A stretch of DNA of 64,000 nucleotides from Cyanobacteria bacterium J06626_4 (GTDB lineage Bacteria > Cyanobacteriota > Cyanobacteriia > Phormidesmidales > Phormidesmidaceae), in the NCBI GenBank assembly GCA_038523235.1, contig JBCBJQ010000016.1:22505-86504 (forward strand), given 5' to 3'. The stretch's first letter is position 1. Every line of letters begins with the position of its first letter. Below, piece by piece: positions 41,839 through 53,500 of the stretch. Below the pieces are notes generated by a model. It made no database searches and was not told where the DNA came from. It saw nothing but the letters and a program-made list of their open reading frames with translations. Made by a program: the position numbers and the translations under genes.

Positions 41839-42023
41839 AACCTGAGTTCGGGATAAGAATAAGTAACGCTTTTACCCGCCAATTGAGCCTCCAATCCCCT
41901 CTCGGGAGGGGTGCCCAAGGCGGGGTGGGTGCCGATCAGTCGCGCTGACTGGCGATCCACCCACCCCTCAGCCCCTCCCAGGAGGGGAAATATCCGGCTT
42001 CGGTTTTAACCCGAACTGACGTT
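41839..42023. mobile_element. MITE-like non-autonomous element with imperfect terminal inverted repeats and an internal GC palindrome
   Basis: Left end AACCTGAGTTCGGGATAAG versus reverse complement of right end AACGTCAGTTCGGGTTAAA (15/19 match); internal CCCCTCTCGGGAGGGG...CCCCTCCCAGGAGGGG. Confidence 0.6.
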
Positions 42024-42118
42024 AAAAAAGGGACGGTTGAGCCAGCAAATCTGAGAAAAGATGTCGCTCTGACCGTCCCCCTTTAGCTAACTTGCCGATA
42101 GGACTTGCCCGTTAGAGC

Positions 42119-43507
42119 TCACTTGAACTGCGGCAAGCCGATTTTAACGCGTCGAGACAGCAGGTAGAGACCACCACCGCCCAGACCAATGGCGACGGTA
42201 CCGCCGACCACAATCAGCCAGAGAGGTACTGGCCAACCTTGCTGCTCGCTGGTCGCCTTCTGGGATTTACTGAGGTAGCTTTGCACATAGGGATAGTCTG
42301 GGTTGATTTCACTGACCTGGCGGAAGGTTTTCAGGGCCTGGGGAAACCGTTCTTTATCAAACTGACTAACCCCCTCTTGATAGAGTTGGGAGATGTCACT
42401 CAGGGCCGGTTCGACATCAGCCTCATCCAAAAATTCCTCGACGACATTGATGGGAATCACAAAGTTAACCCCTTCAACCTTGCCGCCGGTTGCTGGATCG
42501 ACCTTGCCAAAGGTGGCGATACCGATCGCCTCACCCGCTTCATTGAAAACGGGGCCGCCACTATTGCCGCTATTCATCGCCGCATCGGTTTGCAAGATAT
42601 CCCAGCCGTCAGACATCGTTTTGCGAGCGCTGACTAACCCAGCAGTTAGGGAAGGTTCTAAGGTTTCGGACTCGTCGAGGGTACCAGCCCCCGGATACCC
42701 CAAGATAAAGATGCGATCGCCTGCCGTCAAATCACTGTCTCGACCCAAGCTCACAGTGGGCATGCTGTCAGCCTGAATTTTGAGCACGGCCACATCCTTA
42801 CCGGGGGTCGGTTCACCCATCGCTTCAACCGTCGCCTTGTGACCTTCTTCTAAGACCTCATCGAGCGTGGTGACACCGCCCATGGCCGCATAGATATCGG
42901 TCTCCAGGGCATCCAAATTCATATAGTGGGCGTAATATTCGACATGGGCATTTAAGCAAAGCTGGGTAAATTCTTCAGTCCCCATCAGAGCGCCAATCGC
43001 GTCTTGAGAGAAACCGTCAAAGCCATCCCAAACGATTTGACAGCTGTCATAAGCCACATCTTCTAGCGCATAATCAGCGAGCGAAAATTTCAAATCGTCT
43101 TGCTCTGATGAAACCACATGGGCATTGGTCACCAAATAGCCGTCTTCGGTCACTGCTAAGGCTGACCCTGTTGTACTGATCTCAGCCGATTGGTAGATGA
43201 GTTCATTTAAGGGCGCAAAATAGTACAGCGGATCTTCCATGACTTCAGCAATGACCGTGACCAAGGCCTGCTCTTCAGACATACTGCCTTCCTGTTGCAG
43301 CGCGGCAGCCAACTCGTCCAGTCTGGCATCATCTAAGGTGTAATCAGGAACTGAGAATTCTGCCTTGTGCACCGTCTGAATCATGACAGTGCCGGGTTTG
43401 TTGTGCTCAGTGAGCTGCCCCGGGCTCAGGCTTTCAGTTTTGGCACAACCCGCTAAAAAAGAAGCGAGTAAACCAACTGCGGTCAAGGGCTTAAGGATCG
43501 TTTTCAT
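42119..43507 (-). CDS. trypsin-like (S1C/Trypsin_2) serine protease; lipoprotein with C-terminal TPR-like helices and TM anchor
   Basis: LAGC lipobox; TNAHVV, DVAVLKI, GNSGGP catalytic triad motifs. Confidence 0.88.
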   Translation of the reverse strand: MKTILKPLTAVGLLASFLAGCAKTESLSPGQLTEHNKPGTVMIQTVHKAEFSVPDYTLDDARLDELAAALQQEGSMSEEQALVTVIAEVMEDPLYYFAPLNELIYQSAEISTTGSALAVTEDGYLVTNAHVVSSEQDDLKFSLADYALEDVAYDSCQIVWDGFDGFSQDAIGALMGTEEFTQLCLNAHVEYYAHYMNLDALETDIYAAMGGVTTLDEVLEEGHKATVEAMGEPTPGKDVAVLKIQADSMPTVSLGRDSDLTAGDRIFILGYPGAGTLDESETLEPSLTAGLVSARKTMSDGWDILQTDAAMNSGNSGGPVFNEAGEAIGIATFGKVDPATGGKVEGVNFVIPINVVEEFLDEADVEPALSDISQLYQEGVSQFDKERFPQALKTFRQVSEINPDYPYVQSYLSKSQKATSEQQGWPVPLWLIVVGGTVAIGLGGGGLYLLSRRVKIGLPQFK

Positions 43508-44194
43508 GGGAGCTATTCCTCTAAAAAACAAGTGCGTGTGCAATAATGCCTTGGAAAAAGTTGAGCTATTTAACTGAATGGCAGAAGCTAAAACGACGAC
43601 TCAAAAAAGTCTAAGCAGACTAATTCAGGTCTGATTTCGACAATTCATATCGGCGATCACGATGTTTTTTTGGATGAACGAACTAAGACTGTGAGCCTGA
43701 TGACATCCGTCTTTTAGACTGACTACCCAGCCCGGCGCCAGTGCCAAAAGAAATCGCATGCGATTAAGATCAGTGGCAAACGAAAAACTCATAGAGGCTA
43801 ACGATTGCTGTCTCATTCATCCTAAATTTGCGATCGCAGTGCCTAGACAGAGCTTTCTGCGAGAACGCTTGCACTTTTATGCGAATTGCTGTTCATCAAT
43901 CGAGTCATTAATTCACAAGCTTTTTCGGTCAAAAAAAGAAAAAGCTGGTCGCTCACCAAGCTATTTATTAAAGTCTCGACCCGGCTTTTAGGCGCTCACC
44001 CCACAGACCTAGCGAGATTCCCTAGAGCACCGATGAACCACGTTAGAATTATCAGCAGGCTGAAGTTTCAGGTCTGATCAGGGGTTGGTCGCGACGGCGC
44101 TGACACTGAAGAGGACGCCCCGCCGAGCTAGCCTGATACACTAAAGCACTTAGGGATTTTTACTTAGTCGCGCTTCGTTGTCGATTACTCCACT

Positions 44195-46870
44195 ATGCAG
44201 CCCACTGATCCAGACAAATTCACGACCAAAGCCTGGGACGCGATCGTTGAAGCCCAAAGGGTGGCTCGCCGCTTTAACCATCAATATATGGAAGCTGAGC
44301 ACGTCATGGTGGCGCTGCTGGAACAAAAAGACGGTCTCGGCAACACGATTCTCACTAAAGCCAGTTTAGAAGTTGAACTGCTGCTCAAAGAGATTGAAAC
44401 CTTTGCCCGGCGGCAGGCACGCGTGCGGTTGGCGGCAGACAGTAATTTATATTTGGGTAAAAGCCTCGATCTCATGTTAGATCAGGCCGAAACGAGTCGC
44501 CAGGAAATGGGGGACACCTTCATCTCAGTTGAGCATGTGCTGCTGGGCTTTGCCGAAGATGAACGCATTGGTCGACGGCTATTGCGCGGCTTTGACATCG
44601 GCGGGCCAGAGCTGCTGGCCGCCATCAAAGCAGTGCGGGGACGGCAAAAAGTCACCGACCAAAATCCCGAAAGTCAATACCAGGCGCTTGAAAAATTTGG
44701 CCGTGACCTGACCGAGTCGGCTCGGGAGGGGCATCTTGACCCGGTGATTGGCCGCGACGAAGAAATTCGCCGGGTGATTCAAGTCCTGTCACGGCGCACT
44801 AAAAACAATCCGGTGCTAATTGGGGAGCCCGGTGTCGGCAAAACAGCGATCGCCGAAGGCTTGGCCCAACGCATCATCAACGGCGACGTACCGGAATCAC
44901 TGAAAAACCGGCAACTCATCTCGTTGGATATCGGCGGGCTGATTGCGGGGGCCAAATATCGCGGTGAGTTTGAAGACCGCCTGCGATCGGTGCTTCACGA
45001 AGTCACCGAGTCTGACGGGCAGGTCGTGCTGTTTATCGATGAGCTGCACACCGTCGTCGGAGCCGGGGCGGGGCAAGGCACGATGGATGCCGGCAACTTG
45101 CTGAAGCCGATGCTGGCCCGGGGCGAATTGCGCTGCATTGGGGCCACCACCCTGGATGAATATCGCAAGCATATTGAAAAAGATGCCGCGCTAGAGCGTC
45201 GCTTTCAACAGGTTTATGTCGAACAGCCGACTGCCGACGACACGATTTCGATTTTGCGGGGGCTCAAAGAGCGCTACGAGGTGCATCACGGCGTCAAGAT
45301 CGCCGATTCAGCGCTAGTAGCAGCGGCGGTGCTGTCTGATCGCTACATTAGCGATCGCTTTCTACCGGATAAGGCGATCGACTTGGTAGATGAAGCTGCC
45401 GCCAAGCTCAAAATGGAAATCACCTCCAAACCGGAAGAGCTGGAGGTGATCGATCGCCGCCTCATGCAGCTGCAGATGGAACAGCTTTCACTCGAAAGCG
45501 AAGACGCCTCATCGGGCACCGCCTATCGCACTGCTCAGGAGAGACTCGCTCGCATCATCGAAGAAATTGAGGAACTGTCGGAACGACAGCAGCAGTTCAG
45601 CGGCCAGTGGCACATCGAAAAGCAAACGATCGAAGCAATCAACGCCCTCAAAGAAGAGGAAGAACAGTTGCGCCTGCAGGTGGATCAGGCCGAGCGAGCC
45701 TACGATCTCAACAAAGCGGCTCAGCTGAAATACGGCAAGCTGGAGGCCGTGCAGCGCGATTTGGAAGCGAAAGAAGCCCATTTACTCGAAATTCAAGCCC
45801 AGGGTAAAACGCTGCTGCGTGAGCAGGTACTGGAGGCTGACATTGCCGAAGTGGTCGCGAAGTGGACGGGGATTCCCGTCAATCGACTGATGGAGTCGGA
45901 ACGGCAAAAACTACTGCGTCTAGAAGGCCACCTGCACGAACGAGTTATCGGGCAAGAAGAGGCCGTGACGGCGGTAGCCGCCGCCATTCGTCGGGCGCGG
46001 GCGGGCATGAACGATCCGGGTCGGCCCTTGGGCTCCTTTCTGTTTATGGGGCCGACGGGGGTGGGCAAAACGGAGCTGGCGCGGGCGCTAGCCGCCTTTT
46101 TGTTTGATACCGAAGAGGCGCTCATTCGGATCGACATGTCGGAATACATGGAGAAGCACGCGGTCGCTCGGCTGGTCGGGGCACCGCCCGGCTATGTCGG
46201 CTACGAAGAAGGGGGGCAGCTTTCGGAGTCAGTGCGGCGGCATTCCTATTCGGTCGTGCTGCTCGATGAAGTCGAAAAGGCGCATCCTGACGTCTTCAAT
46301 ATCCTGTTACAGGTGCTGGATGACGGCCGCATCACGGACTCGCAAGGGCATCTGGTCGATTTCAGCAACACTATTGTGATTATGACCAGCAATATTGGTA
46401 GTGATCACATTTTGGATGTGGCAGGCGATGACAGCCGCTATGACGAAATGCGCGATCGCGTGCTCAAAGCGCTGCGCAGCCATTTTCGCCCCGAGTTTCT
46501 CAATCGGGTTGATGACCTGATTCTCTTTCATGCCCTATTACAGGAGCAACTGCGGGCGATCGTCACAATTCAGGTACAGCGCATCGAGAAACGTCTAGCC
46601 GATCAAAAGCTGTCATTGTCGCTGTCCAAGGCCGCGATCGATCACATTGCGCAGGTGGGCTATGACCCCGTCTACGGTGCCCGCCCCCTCAAACGCGCCA
46701 TCCAAAAAGAGCTGGAAAACCCCATTGCCACCAAAATTTTGGAGGAGGCTTTTCCTGAAGGTAGCCTTGTTCAGGTTTCACTCCAAAGTGGCAAGCTGGT
46801 GTTTGCCTGTCGGCAAGATAAAACCGCCGTCGTCGCTACTGACGAAGCGGCTATCAGCGTCAAAGGCTAA
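44195..46870 (+). CDS. clpB: ATP-dependent chaperone ClpB
   Basis: Two AAA+ modules ([16 protein letters not shown]), Clp-N domain, coiled-coil M domain. Confidence 0.96.
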   Translation: MQPTDPDKFTTKAWDAIVEAQRVARRFNHQYMEAEHVMVALLEQKDGLGNTILTKASLEVELLLKEIETFARRQARVRLAADSNLYLGKSLDLMLDQAETSRQEMGDTFISVEHVLLGFAEDERIGRRLLRGFDIGGPELLAAIKAVRGRQKVTDQNPESQYQALEKFGRDLTESAREGHLDPVIGRDEEIRRVIQVLSRRTKNNPVLIGEPGVGKTAIAEGLAQRIINGDVPESLKNRQLISLDIGGLIAGAKYRGEFEDRLRSVLHEVTESDGQVVLFIDELHTVVGAGAGQGTMDAGNLLKPMLARGELRCIGATTLDEYRKHIEKDAALERRFQQVYVEQPTADDTISILRGLKERYEVHHGVKIADSALVAAAVLSDRYISDRFLPDKAIDLVDEAAAKLKMEITSKPEELEVIDRRLMQLQMEQLSLESEDASSGTAYRTAQERLARIIEEIEELSERQQQFSGQWHIEKQTIEAINALKEEEEQLRLQVDQAERAYDLNKAAQLKYGKLEAVQRDLEAKEAHLLEIQAQGKTLLREQVLEADIAEVVAKWTGIPVNRLMESERQKLLRLEGHLHERVIGQEEAVTAVAAAIRRARAGMNDPGRPLGSFLFMGPTGVGKTELARALAAFLFDTEEALIRIDMSEYMEKHAVARLVGAPPGYVGYEEGGQLSESVRRHSYSVVLLDEVEKAHPDVFNILLQVLDDGRITDSQGHLVDFSNTIVIMTSNIGSDHILDVAGDDSRYDEMRDRVLKALRSHFRPEFLNRVDDLILFHALLQEQLRAIVTIQVQRIEKRLADQKLSLSLSKAAIDHIAQVGYDPVYGARPLKRAIQKELENPIATKILEEAFPEGSLVQVSLQSGKLVFACRQDKTAVVATDEAAISVKG

Positions 46871-47008
46871 CGAGCTGACCACAAAAACTGGGCGATCGCG
46901 CCCAGAATGGGCGTAAACCTGGTGAGATTTACTTAGCCACCTAGCTGGGGAGACTGGGCATGTTAGGGACAGTAATCTGCCGTCTCAACGTGATTTTGGA
47001 ACCGGCCA

Positions 47009-47968
47009 ATGACCTCTCCCGAAGTGGCTCCCCCTGCCTACGACATTACGATCGCCATCCCCACGTACAACGGCGCTGAACGCCTGCCCAAACTGTTAGA
47101 GCACCTACGAATACAGACTCAAACTGAGCTCATTCGCTGGGAAATTTTAGTGGTTGACAATAACAGTCATGATCACACCGCCGCAGTGGTTCAAGAATAT
47201 GCCCGCCAGTGGTTGCCCGACGTACCCTTGCGCTATGCCTTCGAACCGCGCCAGGGAGCAGCTTTTGCCCGCCAAACTGCTGTCAAATCAGCCGCAGGTG
47301 AACTCATCGGCTTTCTCGATGACGATAACTTACCGGCCAACAACTGGGTTGCTGAAGCCGTTGACTTCAGCCGACGTTATCCTCAGGCCGGTGCCTTCGG
47401 TGGCCGCATTGACGGCAACTATGAGGTTCCTCCCCCCGAAGGATTCGAACGGATCAAAAATTTCCTCGCGATCCGCAACCATGGTTCTGAAGTCATGGCC
47501 TTCGAGCCTGACAAATTACGGTTGCCACCCGCCGCTTCTCTCGTGATTCGCCGCCAAGCCTGGCTTGATAGCGTACCATCAGAGCCCACCCTGAGCGGCA
47601 AGGTCGCCGGTTTATTTGTGCAAGGTGACGACTACGAACCCTTGCTCTACCTGCACAAACATCAGTGGCAGATTCTATACGATCCGGCGCTGCAAACCGT
47701 TCACCAAATCCCGTCCCAGCGCTTTGAACGGAGCTATCTGCTAATGCTCGCCAAAGGCTGCGGGCTAGCGACCTGTCAACTCAGCCTAATGACGGCCAAC
47801 CCGTGGCGCAAGCCCATGATTGTGATGCGCACCTGCTTAGGAAGTTTGAAACGGCTCGGCCTGCATATTCTCAAACATCGAGGGCGATCGCACGCCGACT
47901 TAGCGACAGCGTGCGAGTTTGAGTTTCACTTAGGCAGTTTGCTAAGCCCGCTCTATGTGCGCTGCTGA
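47009..47968 (+). CDS. hpsE: GT2 glycosyltransferase, HpsE-like (hormogonium polysaccharide)
   Basis: ITIAIPTYNGAERLP, VVDNNS, QGAAFARQ, GFLDDDN. Confidence 0.7.
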   Translation: MTSPEVAPPAYDITIAIPTYNGAERLPKLLEHLRIQTQTELIRWEILVVDNNSHDHTAAVVQEYARQWLPDVPLRYAFEPRQGAAFARQTAVKSAAGELIGFLDDDNLPANNWVAEAVDFSRRYPQAGAFGGRIDGNYEVPPPEGFERIKNFLAIRNHGSEVMAFEPDKLRLPPAASLVIRRQAWLDSVPSEPTLSGKVAGLFVQGDDYEPLLYLHKHQWQILYDPALQTVHQIPSQRFERSYLLMLAKGCGLATCQLSLMTANPWRKPMIVMRTCLGSLKRLGLHILKHRGRSHADLATACEFEFHLGSLLSPLYVRC

Positions 47969-48008
47969 TATTAGAGACACATTTTGTCAGGAATTATGAG
48001 TCCAAAAA

Positions 48009-48059
48009 TTGAGATTCAGACCTCATTGAGATTCAGATCTCAATGAGATTCAGACACCG
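48009..48059 (+). repeat. 17-bp tandem repeat, three copies, with palindromic units
   Basis: TTGAGATTCAGACCTCA / TTGAGATTCAGATCTCA / ATGAGATTCAGACACCG. Confidence 0.8.
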
Positions 48060-48175
48060 AAGTTCACTCACCAGTCATTCATCATAAAAACGTAAAAGGT
48101 TTGCCCGTACTCTTGCATCTTCATCCTTGACAAAGGCCTTTTTATTTACACGATACAGCTCACTCAACAACTTCT

Positions 48176-49186
48176 ATGGTCAACGTTTCAGTCATAATAC
48201 CAGCCTATAACGCAGAGCATACAATCCAGGAGACTGTGGAATCGGTCTTAGCTCAAACGTTTACCGACTTTGAGTTAATCATCATCAACGACGGTTCTAC
48301 AGACGCCACCCTAGAGATCATTGATCAATTTTCAGATCCACGTCTTCAAGTTTTTACATTTGATAATTCTGGCCCACAAAAAAGCCGTAATTGCGGGATC
48401 AACAAAGCTTCTGGAGAGTACATTTCCTTCATTGATGCTGATGACCTCTGGACAGCAGACAAGCTGGAGCTTCAACTCGAAATACTGAGAAACAATCCAG
48501 ATGCTTCAGTAGTTTATAGCTGGAGTGACGTGGTCAATGAAGAAAGCGTATTACTGCGTCAGGGCGGACATCTCATACGTCGAGGCGATGTTTTTTTGGA
48601 CTTGCTATTGGTCAATTTTGTCGAGAGCGGTTCTAATCTTTTAGCAGAGACAACGGCCCTGAAAAATATTGGCGGATTCGATGAAGCGATAGTAGCAGGT
48701 CAAGATCGCGACATTCTGCTTAGCCTAGCCAATAAATACCGGATTGACGTAGTTCCAAAAACCCAAGTGTTTTATAGAAAGTCTAGTTCATCCAAGTCTT
48801 GGTCGAGCAATATTCAGCGCACACGGGCAGGCATTGAACAAGTGCTTGGCAAACATTCTCAGATCAGGAAAGGATTAGAAGTCTTTCAAAGAAAAGGATT
48901 GAGCAATGCCTACAAGCATATGATATTTGAATGTTTAAATAATCGTCCTTCAAGACAAAAAGGCATATATGCAATCAACCTCTTATGGATGATAATTATT
49001 AATGATTGGAACTTTATTACTAAAGGAGCATTTGCCAAAGCTGCCGCCAGAACTTTGATTACTATTCTCTTCTCTGAAAAGCTAATTGAGCGACTAGTCG
49101 CTCAATATCCTAAGGTCTTTGACATCACGTCAGTTTATGGATATTTCGTCACCGAAAAGAGTTTAATATTGAAAGACTCGGGCTGA
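48176..49186 (+). CDS. GT2 family glycosyltransferase
   Basis: VSVIIPAYNAE, INDGSTD, FIDADD. Confidence 0.9.
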   Translation: MVNVSVIIPAYNAEHTIQETVESVLAQTFTDFELIIINDGSTDATLEIIDQFSDPRLQVFTFDNSGPQKSRNCGINKASGEYISFIDADDLWTADKLELQLEILRNNPDASVVYSWSDVVNEESVLLRQGGHLIRRGDVFLDLLLVNFVESGSNLLAETTALKNIGGFDEAIVAGQDRDILLSLANKYRIDVVPKTQVFYRKSSSSKSWSSNIQRTRAGIEQVLGKHSQIRKGLEVFQRKGLSNAYKHMIFECLNNRPSRQKGIYAINLLWMIIINDWNFITKGAFAKAAARTLITILFSEKLIERLVAQYPKVFDITSVYGYFVTEKSLILKDSG

Positions 49187-49369
49187 TGAACCTATTGCCT
49201 GGCAGCGCAAATCCGACCGCAACAAATATAGGAGGTCAGACGAGCAGGCTAATAGAAGGAAGGGTTAGCCAGTTTAGATCGTTCTGTACTCGCTCAATAT
49301 CTTGATAGTTCGCATCGATAAATATCAATTATCTGTCAATAGGTAAAATCGTCTTCTGAATTTAAAAAT

Positions 49370-50314
49370 ATGAATACTCCTACTATCTCAGTTGTAATTC
49401 CTTGCTATAACGCGGAGCAAACAATTCAGGAAACAATTTCGTCTGTGTTGGCACAAACCTTCACGGACTTTGAAATATTGGTAATTAACGATGGCTCAAC
49501 TGATGGTACCGTATCGGTGCTAAAACAGATCGTCGATGATCGCCTTAAGGTTTTTTCATTTGAGAATTCAGGTCCGCAAAGAAGCCGAAATCGGGGTATT
49601 GAGAAAGCCAGAGGCGAGTATATTGCACTTATCGATGCTGATGATCTATGGACATCAGATAAGCTAGCTTCACAACTGCAGGCTCTCCAAAATACGCTAG
49701 AAGCAGCCGTTGCCTATAGCTGGACAGATTTCATTGACGAAGACAGCCAGTTTTTGAAACATAGTCGTCATATTGAAATAGCAGGAGATGTCTTTGAGCA
49801 GCTACTTGTAGATGATTTTATAGCCAGTGGCTCTAATCCTTTAATTAAGGCAGAAGCGATTCGAGCGGTGGGAGGTTTCGATGAAAGCACTTTGGCAGGG
49901 CAAGACTGGGACATGTGGCTAATGCTGGCAGAAAAGTTTCAATTTGTCGCGGTTCCAAAAGTTCAAATTTTATATCGCAAAAGCTGTTCTTCTAAGACTT
50001 GGTCAGACAACATCAGGCGGCAAGCCCAAGGGCATATTCAGGTAATGAATAAGCACTTGGACAACCGCAAGAATCTGATTCTCAAGAAAAGCGTGTATTT
50101 TGCTGGTCGTTATCGCTATTTATTGTTTCACTGCCTAGACCAGGGACGTTTGACACCTGGCAATGGGATTTTATTATTACGATTTTTCGCCCAAGCTTTA
50201 GTATTAGAGCCAAGCTGGTGGACAAAGCGCCCTCAGCTTATTCTATTTGTGCCTATCAAGTCATTAAAGTACCTGTTTGCTTACTTCCTGAGAAAGCACA
50301 AGACTGTGCTTTAG
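49370..50314 (+). CDS. GT2 family glycosyltransferase (paralog of the upstream gene)
   Basis: ISVVIPCYNAE, INDGSTD, LIDADD; N-terminal half closely matches the previous ORF. Confidence 0.9.
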   Translation: MNTPTISVVIPCYNAEQTIQETISSVLAQTFTDFEILVINDGSTDGTVSVLKQIVDDRLKVFSFENSGPQRSRNRGIEKARGEYIALIDADDLWTSDKLASQLQALQNTLEAAVAYSWTDFIDEDSQFLKHSRHIEIAGDVFEQLLVDDFIASGSNPLIKAEAIRAVGGFDESTLAGQDWDMWLMLAEKFQFVAVPKVQILYRKSCSSKTWSDNIRRQAQGHIQVMNKHLDNRKNLILKKSVYFAGRYRYLLFHCLDQGRLTPGNGILLLRFFAQALVLEPSWWTKRPQLILFVPIKSLKYLFAYFLRKHKTVL

Positions 50315-50520
50315 AAAGATGGTTATACTAACTTGCCCGACCATGACTATAAATAGGTCGGATTCAACTCTGCTCAGCTACCGTTCCTTGAGCGAAGTCG
50401 AAAAGGGCATTCATAGCGAGGTCTTCAAAAATTGATATTAGATGTCGTGACGTTCAAGTAGCTATCGTAGACGATCGTTAGATTCTTGACCTTTTTGCTG
50501 CACCGATGGAAAGACTATAT

Positions 50521-53500
50521 TCATACCGCAACGAGCTCAGCAATCAAGGGTTCGCTCAGGGATTGGTGTTTGTCTTGCATTAACTTTGCAAGATGGTCGC
50601 GAAGGCGATCTCGCTGTTGCGGATTCACGACGTAGATTTGCCGAGTTTGTTTAGTGAATAAGGCTGTGGCAGCAAGTTCTTGATAAGTGTCACTAGCCAG
50701 AGTATCCCGGCTGAGATAGTCTTGGGTCGAAGCATCAGGCCGCAGTCCCGGCGGCAAATGACCTTCTAGGATGGCCGCAATGCGAGATTGACAGGCATCC
50801 GTGTTGACGCCCTGCTCTTCAAGAAGGTGCAGAATGCCTTCAAAGGGCAGGGGGGTATCGGGCACCGTGCGAATCATTTCATTAAGCAAGAAATAATCAC
50901 TGTATTGATGCCGCGGGACATCTAGCAACTGCGGATAACGACAGAGGTTGGCCAAACCATAGGCAACCCGACTGCAGGTTTGAGGGCGATTGCTGGGATA
51001 GGTGTCTTGAATAATCGTGGCGTTAGGAAACTTTTGGCGCAGCCATTTAGCGATCGCGTTAAAAGACGCATTGCCCCCCGTGCAAACCACCTGATTGATG
51101 CCTTGAGACGCTAACCCGGTTTGGCTCAAGAGCGCATTGAGCTGTTGATTAAGCCGCTGAATATAAGGCACCAAAACTCGACTTTCGAGATCTCGCCGTA
51201 AAACACGCCAGGATTGATCGGCCAGCTCTAGCTGATAGTGGTTCTGATTTTGCAAGATCAGTTTGAGATATCGGGCAGCCTCTAACAAACTTTGTCCCAG
51301 TCTGGAGGCTTCTAAGCGCTGCCGGAGATGGATACGAGCACTGGCATCGGGTTCTGCCAGCTGCGGCAAGTCAAGGGCTTCGAGGTGCAGGTCGTCCCAA
51401 TGAGCGTTGGTTACTTCTGGTAAAGTCGCTTGCCAACTCCACCCGTCTTTGGTCTGGCGGCTAGCGTTGGGGGGGACCGTCTGTCGCCGCTCAGCGGGAA
51501 TTAGCAGCTGGCAAATGATGTCTAAATCTAAGGCATCACCGCCATAGGCCAGATTGCGCAACGTAAAGTCTTCGCGGCTGAGGGCATCTAAGGGCTGAGG
51601 CAGGTCAACGATGCCGACATCGGTACAAGTGGCTCCACCGCTAATGACAACAGTGCCACCCTGCCAGTTGCATTGATATAGCGTCTGCATTTGGCGGTTA
51701 GACTCGGGCTGCGGTTCGTTCGGATCGGGCAATCCCGAGAGCAATGCAGCGATCGCCTCTTCGACAAAGAAAATTTGACTCGATGACTCCACTAAACCCG
51801 CACCTAAAACTGCCTCTCGAATATTCAGACAATAGGTATCTGACCAGTTGCTAGGGAGTCCTAACACCACGCCTTGCAGGCTGGCTAGCGCCTCCAGTAA
51901 CATCTCATCATCTAATCCCACCGCGGTGAGGTGCAGCGCCAACTCACCCGGATGGGTAATGAGCGACAGCAGCGTCGTCACTGCAGTCAAGACCTGTTGC
52001 AGAGAGACGGTTTGAGCATCCGCCCACTGAACCACAGGGGCCCACTCACCGGCGACGGTTTGATAGGGCATGCCGACTTTTAACAACGGGCGAGGACTCT
52101 GCAAAAGCCACGTCTCAGGGCTCTCAGGGGGCTGCTGCGGCAGGGCCGCTGGCCCGACTGCGAGTAGCTCTGATAACGCCCCCTGAGCGCTAGCGCTCGG
52201 TCGAAAAGCAGCAACCGTAGGGAGGCGAAAAGTGGCCACTCCAGGATTATCGGCTTCAGACTCGGCTAACCAACAGAGAGGATGGGCAGTGCCACTCCCC
52301 TGTTCCATCAAGACTGCCGATAGGCCACCCGAACCAAAGTCTAGGCCTAAAAACCACTCCTCGATGAGTTCAGAGCCTGAGTCAACAGCATCATCGGGCT
52401 CATCCGGGTCAGCGATCGGAATTGCCGCTAACTGACCAGAGGATGCCAACAAAGACTCGTCCGCAGTTTCCTCCAAAGATTCGTCTAGCGTCTCTGTCTC
52501 AGGGATAGCGGGTGTAGCGGGTGTCTCCACCGGCAGGGACGGGCTCGGGTCGCGAGCGAGCACGTCGCGGCTCTCCGTCACGGCAGGTGTCTCCTCGGAG
52601 GCAACAAGATTGCTCTCGTCTGCCAACTCGGTGTCTAGCTCAGTGGCCAACGTCGGCGCTCCGGTGTCTTCGCCGCGATCGCTATCACTATCAAGAGTAA
52701 CGGCAACATCGACCGTTTCTGGTGTGTCTGCCGCATCGGCGGCGATCGGCGGCGTCAGAGCAAGATCAACGTCAAAGGCTGAACGAAAGGCTTCATCACC
52801 TTCCAGATCAGCGGCTGGAATCTCTTCCATCGAGAGATCAAGGGGCTCAAACAGCGGCGAAGTAGATAAATCATCTTCAGTGCGCTCAGGAAGACTGTCT
52901 AGCTCGCTGGCCTGATCACGGTTCTCATCATCGGGAAAAATCTCTGTCGGCGATGGCTCCAGTGGTTCAAATAGGGGAGACGCTGCAAAGCCCCCAGGCT
53001 CCTCAGTTTCGCTGTCTAGATCATGGGTGACGTCACTATCACTGTCCCCAAAGTCAGATTCCATAGGATCCCAATCAACCCCAAAGGTCGTACCTGCCTC
53101 AGTCGACTCTGACTCAGTCTCTAATTCGGAGCCGACAGACGTGTCATCTTCGGTGTTTAACGAGGTAGGGGCTGAGTCTGTAGAAGATGAGGTAGCGGCG
53201 GACTCAGTCACTGGCGGTGCCGCATCTAGGGCAAACGTATCCTCGTCAGTAGGGGGAAACAGATCGACAAAATCAGGGTCTTCAGGCAGGAAAGTCAGTG
53301 ACTCTTCGTTAGTTGAATCTACCCCGGAAGCATCTTCTGGAAAGGCATCAGCGGCTATCTCTAGGGGTGAAGATACCGGACTGTCATCATCAAGGAAAGG
53401 GAATGGGTCTTCGCTAGTCGGGTCTACCTCAGACCCTCCTTCCTGATTGGCCGCCGCTGCCATTTCTAGGGGGGCGGGCACGGTGCTGCCATCGTCGTCA

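Noticed and set aside
48009..48059. Possible mini-CRISPR array
   Set aside because: Units abut with no spacers, are only 17 bp, and no cas genes are present
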